Shown here piece after piece: positions 54,882 to 64,000 of a stretch of DNA of 64,000 nt. The translations under genes and the position numbers were made by a program. The DNA comes from Chrysomallon squamiferum (lineage: Eukaryota; Animalia; Mollusca): the NCBI GenBank assembly GCA_012295275.1, contig CM022670.1:14322001-14386000 (forward strand), written 5' to 3'. A model generated the notes under the pieces. That model worked only from the letters and a program-made list of their open reading frames with translations. It was not told the DNA's origin and searched no databases. Each line of letters starts with the position of its first letter. Within the stretch, counting starts at the first letter, position 1.

Positions 54882-55770
54882 CCTCTAATAACAAAAGTAA
54901 AACAATGCATTTTTGCAGCAATTCATACGCTTGATCACATGATGTATTAATAAATATAATTTGATGGAAATATCGCAAAATGCGTTCTCGTCATCGTTGA
55001 ACAAAATGGAGGCAAAATGTATCGATCCTTTCCACTTCCAAGTCATATATTTAAAATAACAATAATTATTATTATAATAAATAAATAAAATTAAGAAAAA
55101 TAAATAAATAAAAAAAATATATAAATAAAAATAAAGTCGAAGTTTAATAAAAAGGGAAGAGTATGTCAATATAGACCTTTGCCTATTAGGGTTAAAAGTA
55201 AGTCGCAAAATTTTAAAATAGAAAAGTTGTACCAAACCATAATTATTTTTTGAGAGCAGCGTCGGTAAATTGAAAACTCGGAATGAACTGACGACATCCA
55301 CAGTGACTGTATAACCGAACTTTCGTACATTAACATTCATAAAATGACAAAACAAATTAAATCTTTTGCTGCTACTACGGAAAGCAGAGATTTGCAACCG
55401 AATTTAAACATGGGACTATGGCAGAGGAGATTGGTTTGAAGAGAAATATGAGAACAAAAACTCGCACACAAAACACACAGTCATCAGTGACATTGTTATC
55501 TGACACTCGATAAACGTTTAATTGTAATATTCTTTACAAATATGTTCCAATTTCATTACATTCTTACAAATGTATTCCAATTTCATAACATTCTTACAAA
55601 TATATTCCAATTTCATAACATTCATTACAAATATATTCCAATTTAATATTATTTTAATCTTTATAAACCGGTACTCCGTCTAGATTAAAATGGCATATAT
55701 CCATCCTTCTGTTTATCTACATCTCCATCTACATCTACATATCATATCTATATCTATATCTATACATCCA

Positions 55771-55771
<1 letters not shown>

Positions 55772-55856
<85 letters not shown>
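55772..55856. repeat. (CA)n microsatellite
   Basis: Pure CA run. Confidence 0.95.
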
Positions 55857-55860
<4 letters not shown>

Positions 55861-57427
55861 TATAAACAAAGATATAAAAGAAGTGCATTCACAATCAAAA
55901 TTTAAGGTGAACTGTCTATAATTTAGTCGCAGAGATCTCAGATATAATAAGTCTTGCGACTTCATCGACACACCGTGATGCAGATTTAACAGGTTCCAGG
56001 TGAACTGAGTCAAGAACCGTTATCTACACTGTATAGACTGTACATAGAAAATATTTTACACCGCTAAGTAAAACTTATTAAATGACTAAATTATAGGCTG
56101 TTCATCTCACTTATCATTTTTACGTAGTTAATAACTAGTAATACACGCCTGTGCTGACATATCGTTAAAACTCGAACACAAATTCCATACATTTAATTTG
56201 TATTGTAACTAAACGACATTATAGTTTTAGAAATTTCTACATAATGCTTGCAGTTCATTGGAATACACATGGAATTTTAATATACATACATACATACAAA
56301 TGTATACATTTCATCAAACACACACATATACGTACATACATATATAGATCCATACATACACAAATACGGGAAGAACAACTGCAGAAGTTTTATTTTTCTA
56401 TAATATTTGAAAAGCGACTTACCAAACTTTGCAAAAATCCTGACATGACTCAAAGAAATAAAATACACAACAAAAACAAAAAACATCCACACTGTAGCCA
56501 TGTTGTAAAAACTTAGTCACTGTCAACTAACAAGTCTTTGTCTCTGCAAACCGGAATTAATTTAGAAAAGTTTTGTGTATCACTATTATTGTCGATGAAA
56601 CACACAAGTTGTATCACGTGATTAACTAAATACACTGTGGGTTTGACTTGTTTAAGAGACAAAGGATTGTTCATGTTTAATATGCTGTGTCGAGGTGTGG
56701 TTTGTTGTAGGATGAACCATCCTTTGAGCGTGTGCATTCCTTCCACTGTCACACGAATTATTTATTTATTTGTTTATTTATTTATTTACATTTGGATATA
56801 TAATGATAGGAACATGCACGTACATCCATTCATGCATGCAGGCGGACTTACGGGTTTTTTTTGGTTTCTTTTTTTGTACATTTCAAACCGTCTTGTTAAA
56901 CAGAACTGTGAATACGATGAAATTAAAATCAATTCATATTTATTTGTACATTTATTTATTTTAATTTATTAGTTTTTTGAAAATATGTTTTTGTCCCTCA
57001 TTATTATTCAAGATCATCATCATAATCATCACCATCATGCAGGAGGCATTTTAATGATTATTACCCTCCTTACCACTAATTAAATAAATGGTTTGTGATT
57101 AAGCACATTAACAAAATTAGTGAAACCGCAGCCGTAACTGCATGAACTACTCGTTGTTTACATTACAGTCAACTCATCTACGATCAGTTACTCAACCCGG
57201 AAGATTCTCGATTCTGTAAACCGGATTTAATTTGTGAATATTTGCTTTCGGTAGTGGGGGGGACACAGTATTGTTTGTTGATGAATAACAAGAGAGTTTT
57301 GGTTTAAATGTTTTCTGTCGCTTACTGGACAATTCAGGGGCGGATTATAGTTTAGGTGGGGGGATTCAGGAAACAGCATGTAAGTGTTTATAATTTGAAA
57401 TTAATTATTCACTAAAGGGTTTCTTCT

Positions 57428-57505
<78 letters not shown>

Positions 57506-57708
57506 ACATAAATAAAGAAGAAAAGAACATTTTAAAAAAAGGACCCTGTAACCAGATATATACTCACACGCATGCACACAACACGCTATAATTGTTGCAA
57601 ATGTATTTTTACTGTTTCAGTAAACATAGTGCTTTAAAAAACGCTGAGTCAAAGTTCAAATGTAGACGGATTTAGTCCCTTTAATGCTGTTGACGGTGTA
57701 ACTTATGG

Positions 57709-57741
<33 letters not shown>

Positions 57742-57967
57742 TGTGTGGACATGTATTATATACATGTATTGCCGTACAATACTTTGAATCCGTACGTTCC
57801 TATATGACAAACTGTAATAATTCAAAGAAATAAATGTATAATATAACATAATGTAACGTAATGAAATATAACGCAACAGAAAAATAGAAGATAATGAAGA
57901 TATAGCTAGAAATTGAGGAGACTGCGGAAACCATTTATTAGCAGTTTAAGTTTTTTACTAAGTTACT

Positions 57968-59326
57968 TTCAGAACAGTCTGTGTTTACCGATCCTTACTG
58001 ATAACACGCGATACATGTTCTAGTGTTTCAATCACACGACGAGTTTAGAAAACAGTGATACTTTGGACATCGCTTTGAACATCCGGAACCTCTCTGTATC
58101 TCATACACACGTAGAAACAAACACTCTGACAAAACACACACACACAACATGCACACAGACTCATACATACAAATACACACAACCTTCACACACACCAACA
58201 CATACAACCCACACCCACCAACCAACACACTCACACATACATAAGTACGGTTTGTACAGTCTGATCCTCTCCATTCAGCTTGACATCATTTAGTACAAGA
58301 TCCATTGTCTGCAGGACATGATGAGTTCTGTTGACAGTATCGACTTTCACACAATTTGTCACAGTTAGAACCATAATATCCTGTTACACAAGCTGATAAA
58401 TATAAATACGATATTAATACTTTCCAAACGGTTTCCAAAAAATATTGTAAAAATAACACAAACACAATTACTACTACTATTACTCCTACTACTACTCCTA
58501 CTCCTACTTCTACTACTGTTACTACTACTACTACTATTACTATTACTACTACTAATAATATTACATCTACTATTCAGTGAGAAGCAAAATCAAATATGCC
58601 TTTACTTACTATAAACTTCAAGTTCTACAAAATCCAGTCTTTTGAAGCCAAAATCATGCGTCGATCCTCCATTATCTGTTCCTTGATAAATGTCACATAT
58701 CTAGCGTTGACGTTACAAATTATACTTACGACTTCGTCAATGTCAGATCCATCTGATTTACCAGTAACATTACCACGCATAAACCCTGTTTTGGATTCTC
58801 CCGCTAGTGTGTTTGCGTACACTTGTACACCATTTCTTCTCAATGTCTCTAAATCACATTTGTTTTCGTTTTAAATCTGATTTATCATATGTATATAATA
58901 CTCTAATGGAATTTGAAAGATAGCACGAACACAGCAGTTACAAAACGTCGTGAGCCATTGGAAGAAGGTGGTGTGTATTATTTCAGGAATAAAACAGTTT
59001 ATTTGGGAGCTTATAACCTTATGTGCGTCTGAAAATGGTGGATGTTATACAGTTAATAGATGGCAAACTTTCTTTCTCTGTTTCTAGTAGTTTTTGTATT
59101 TGAGGAAGAAGGTCTCTCTGTAACACATAATAATTATTTTCGCATTAGCAGACGGTGGCTTTTTATTATTGTGCCAAATCCACTTCCCACCAGCTGTAAG
59201 GTTGGTCTGTAGCTGAATGCATGCACTGAGCATAGTACCCATACGTTACACCGTCAACAGCATTTAAAGGACTAAATCCGTCTACATTTGAACTTTGACT
59301 GACCGTTTTAGTCAGCACTATGTTTA
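57968..59326 (-). pseudogene. Lectin-EGF pseudogene exons, arm B copy
   Basis: Lectin exon 1 at 59166-59326 (NIVLTKTVSQSSNVDGFSPLNAVDGVTYGYYAQCMHSATDQPYSWWEVDLAQ*) is truncated. Lectin exon 2 at 58610-58848 has the same frameshift as arm A. EGF exon 58249-58392 has the same TGA. EGF remnant at 57968-58090. Confidence 0.82.
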
Positions 59327-59449
59327 CTTAAACAGTAAAAATACATTTGCAACAATTATAGTGTATTCTGTGCATGCGTGTGAGTATACATCTGGTTACT
59401 GAGGCTTTTTAACATTCTTTCTTTTGTTCTTTTCCTGTGTATAAAAGTG

Positions 59450-59537
<88 letters not shown>

Positions 59538-60146
59538 AAGAAACTCTTTAGTGAATAATAATAATTCTTTATAACGCCCAATACAAAAAAAAAATATTAT
59601 TTTAAAATGTTTTGGTGTGCGAGTTACTTTAACATTTGTGGTATGCAAATATTATTATGTTACAAGTGAAATGTGATGTGTTTATAAATAAGTGTTATTA
59701 TCATTTCATTGTTTTATTTGCATCTGACAACAGTGCATCAGCCTATGAAATGGTTTATGCAACTATTTCCTCATATTTTCTAATGACCTATGTTTGCTAT
59801 TTTAACACTGTTATTTCAAAACTATTCCAGTTTGCAAATATAATAATTAAAATAATGTAATTTTTTTTCTTTTAAAACAGTATATGATGTAAATATAAAT
59901 ATAAAACATCTTTGCATATCCACACAGATTAACCCACTGTTTGTCCGAGATGCATATTAAGATATTTTATTTAATGTAAAACTAAATGTTACAATAACTA
60001 TATAAAAATAAAGTGTGTACATATGTGTCTCTCTTTATACATATACATTCTTTTTCATAATTTTCAATTGATCTTTAAAATTAGATCTTCTCTTATGATA
60101 TGCAGTGAATGATCAAAAGTTAATAACAAGATATTTAATTACTTAC

Positions 60147-60225
60147 CATATTTGGCTGTCGTCTGTCTTGATTGTAAATTCAAAAAATAAATTATAAACT
60201 GAAGACTCACGCACATTCTGGCCAT
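60147..60225 (-). CDS. Intact phase-1 start/signal-peptide-like exon (MARMCVSLQFIIYFLNLQSRQTTAKY)
   Basis: gccATGg context, hydrophobic core, G|gtaagt donor. Phase-compatible with the acceptors at both 59326 and 53085. Confidence 0.6.
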
Positions 60226-60602
60226 GGCGAGAATACTTGGTAGACAATAAGTCAAGTGTAAATGTACTTTTAAACAAGAAAATTTCCCATAATTCATCTC
60301 TGTGAAAAGATAGCCATGGAGTTTGTAACACAGTGTCGTGGAAAATGCATAATAAACATGTCTCATTGAGAATGCGAATAATACACATTTTAGTTTTCCA
60401 CACAGAAAGATAAGTATTAGTAAATATTATTTCGTGGACATTGAGATAAGACAGAGTTAAACACAATAATTACAGCAACTAATGATACGTGTTTTAATAT
60501 AGTACTTTGTAGTATTATATAATATAACATAATATAACATAACATAATACAATATCATATGATGTAAAAAATATAATATATAGGAGATGGTAAATTATCG
60601 GA

Positions 60603-60670
<68 letters not shown>

Positions 60671-60817
60671 TAATAATAACAAAAATAAAGATAATAACAA
60701 TAATTACCATCTTACGAGGACTATTCTCTAAAGTAAATAATTCTAAAAGTGAATTTGTTAAGAAAATATATTTCATTTTACGCAATGATCAGTGTAATTT
60801 TAACTTTTTAATAATTA

Positions 60818-60851
<34 letters not shown>

Positions 60852-62825
60852 TAAATCCAGGACTCAGTCTTTGCGTGAATGGAAATGTTCGATACAGTCT
60901 CTTTGTAATAACGTTTGTCGGAGTTAAGTCCCTTGGCAGGGACAGCCTCAATGTATATACTGAAAAGCACCTCTAGTTTTGGTACATAATTCTGTTTTGA
61001 CTTGGAATGCTTAATTTATCTCTGTGTGATCTCAATATGACGAAATAAAAACGTAAAAAAAAAAAAAAAAAAATGTTTAGACGCTTAGTGCTTCAGAAGG
61101 CTGTGACAAAAATGGAGAAAGTCCAGTGTTTATATAATAAATGGCAATGACAACGAACTATGGTATTATCAAGCTTATATCAGATATTTCTTAAATATTA
61201 GAAATGGACAACAACAGTTCTACAGATTAGATTATAAACTCAGTTAAATATATTATTTATACATGAATTTTATCAAATTTAGAATCAACAGTCGTACAAA
61301 TTCGATTACTTACTAAGCTGTCTCACATGTTTTATTTTACATATTTAATTACTTACCCAGATATATCTCAGATATCTCATTTCACATATTTAATTACTTA
61401 TTCAGATGTACCTCACATGTCTTATTTTAAATGTGTGTTTTGTTTTATTTATACATTTCGACAAACACGCACAAATACACAACACACATATTTACATACA
61501 TGGATAGAAACGTGCATACCTGTAGGCATACATACTTATGTACGTACCTTCATAGGTACGTACATATACATAAATACACATTCATACACACATATATGTA
61601 CACATATATATACATACACACACCCACACATACATACGTACATGCATACATACATAATTATGTATTATGTTAGTGTTATTAAAGAATGGATTATTTTACA
61701 AGTCAAACTGTAGTACGGCTATCTATTTCTTTACTTTGTAAACGAGAACGAAAGATAATACGTTAAAGTCTAAATCAAACGCTATAATCTATAACAGTTA
61801 ACAAACGAAACATTTTACGGTTGAAATGAGAAAGAAAAAAACTTATTTTTCAATACGTAATCTTTTCAATCGGTTATGAGAATAACCTGCGCTTCCCTAC
61901 TTAAATATAGCTTGTATTATTGTAAAATAATCGTAGTAAGAAAGATTGTAATGGTTTCTCTGCTGCGTAAAGGTGATTTTTTTAGTTGACAATTTAGTTT
62001 TCCAGATATGGGCTCGTTCTGGATAAGTGTTCATTTTCTAGCTTTTTGTTTAATTGCATAACGAGGACAGACGTTTACTCGATCCAGTCAGCAATACAAA
62101 TAATATGATTTAATCAACTCATACAAATTTAATTTTTGATAGATTATTGTGTGTCGATTTCCAGGCTTTACTCATGAGAAACGTGATTGTGCTCATTAAA
62201 AGTATCTTGCCCCACGTTGTCCGGGAGATAGCGTTGTCTGTCCAACAATTTGTTAGTGTGTTAGTATGTTAGTCGAATACTGATAATGAATGAATGAATA
62301 AGAACAGTATGAAACAGTATTACATTAGCTGCTAAGTCTCACACTGAACATATTACATCGCGATCATTTATTTACAATCTCATTAGTTATATTTGGTTAG
62401 AACAATGCTCATTTGTCTAATAATGGAATGTTCAGTTCTACAAAACTGTGTGTGTGTGTGTGTGTGTCTGCATATGTTTAAACACTTCACTAGAAGATAT
62501 GATGACGCGATCTGAAGACTAAAAATAGTTAAATCTTTTATTCAACCGCTGAATGATACTTGAGTGGTAAACAAAGACTGAAATGTGTAATTAAAATATA
62601 CCTTACTGTTAACTGAAAACACATAGCTGGTATTATTGTTCAAAACATATACAGATAAGTTGTTAACCGGGAAGGTGTCACGGTTGACTGAACACGAATT
62701 CATGAATTTAACTCGCTTTGTTACTTTTCATGTGCGGCTACGCATTAAGGCTAACTTTGAACATGCAAACTACGAGTGGTTGTATGCAGTGAGAATTATT
62801 AACTGAGTTTACATTAGTCTGTTAT

Positions 62826-62867
<42 letters not shown>

Positions 62868-64000
62868 GATGATTATGATGATGATGATAAAATAATATTA
62901 ATAACAATGTGTGCGTCATTGTGTGAATTGCAAGTAGATATGTTGATATTGTACAGATGATCATACATTTTATCCAAGAGCAGAAAACGAATTATAGCTA
63001 GTTAATTGTTTGTGTGAGATGTACAAGAAACAAAACAGAAATAGTAGCCACTACATTTAATTTGTCAATATGTTATATTGACGATTTTAGTTCTTACTAT
63101 TGAAAGTAGCTGGTAATTAAAGTAAAGCAACAACTGACATCGATATAAACTAATTGTTTTCAATACGATTTATCTTCATATATAACATTTTATTTGTTTA
63201 GAAAGTTTGAGTGCATCACTATTATTGTCGTTGAAGCAAACATGCTGGATCACTTGATTAGCTAAATACACTGTGGAGTTGACTTGTTTGAGAGACAAAG
63301 ATGTGTTCAAGGTTAACACGCTGAGTCGAAGCATGGTTGGTGCAGCATGAACCAGTCTCTGAGAGTATGCATTCCTACAACGAATAATTAATGCTCATAC
63401 ATCATTCATACATGTTTGGTACATATATGTTTCGGTTGAATATTTAAAATCATCTTGCTTAAGGGAACTGTGAATAAAACGAAACAAAAATCAATTCACA
63501 TATTTGTACATCTATTAAAATTGTTTTTATTTTTAATTATAATTTTTTTGAAGAAATTTTCTCTTCCTCGTTTTTATTTGTCATCAACATCGTCATCATC
63601 TTGCAGCAGGCATTTTTAGGCAATATTATCATATTTACCATTAATTTAATAAATAGATTGGGATTAAGCCTGTTAAACAAATTAGTGAAGCCACACCCGT
63701 GACCCCTTCAACTACACGTCGTTTACATTATAGCCAAGTCATCTGCGACCAGTTTCTCAACCGGGAAGTTTCTTTATTCTGTAAACCGGATTTAACTTGT
63801 GAATATCAGCTTTCGAATACACAGCATTGCGTGTTGGTGAATAACAAAATGTTTTATTTTAAAAAAAATATGTCGGTAACTCAGGAGCGTATTATACTTT
63901 AGGTAGACAGGTTTTCCGAAACAGTACGTAAATGTTTATAAGTTTTATGCATATTTCAGATTGTTCAGAAAGAGGAAAGAAAGAAAGCAGTATTAGTCTG

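Noticed and set aside
54760-55645. 41-bp and 30-bp tandem units as a CRISPR-like array
   Set aside because: The units are head-to-tail with no unique spacers, the context is eukaryotic, and there are no cas genes.

Overview
AT-rich, microsatellite-laden, intron-rich animal DNA, most likely lophotrochozoan or molluscan (inferred from gene architecture; not proven). Most ORFs in the supplied track are microsatellite artefacts; the real genes are split into short exons that I assembled by hand from splice sites and phase. (1) A five-exon, proline-rich CD225/dispanin (IFITM/PRRT-like) gene on the minus strand (5642-10812), plus exon 1 of a tandem paralog at 1293-1308. (2) A ~22-kb inverted duplication (arm A ~14558-36161, arm B ~41222-64000, possibly continuing past the window) with a 200-N gap at the inner end of arm A. 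Each arm carries a receptor-type protein tyrosine phosphatase gene built as F-type-lectin-like domain, EGF/laminin-EGF-like repeats, TM, catalytic PTP D1, then (seen only in B) a degenerate D2. Copy B (minus) splices in frame to about 1120 aa. Copy A (plus) has several frameshifts and is cut by the gap. The copies are ~95% identical in D1 but only ~60% identical in the second lectin exon, with in-frame loop indels, and they differ in EGF exon number. (3) Many dead lectin, EGF and D2 exons from the same family, interleaved with the CD225 genes. The best candidate for an undescribed system is a rapidly diversifying lectin-EGF-phosphatase receptor cluster linked to IFITM-like genes. The main caveat is that the two arms may be uncollapsed haplotypes joined across the gap.
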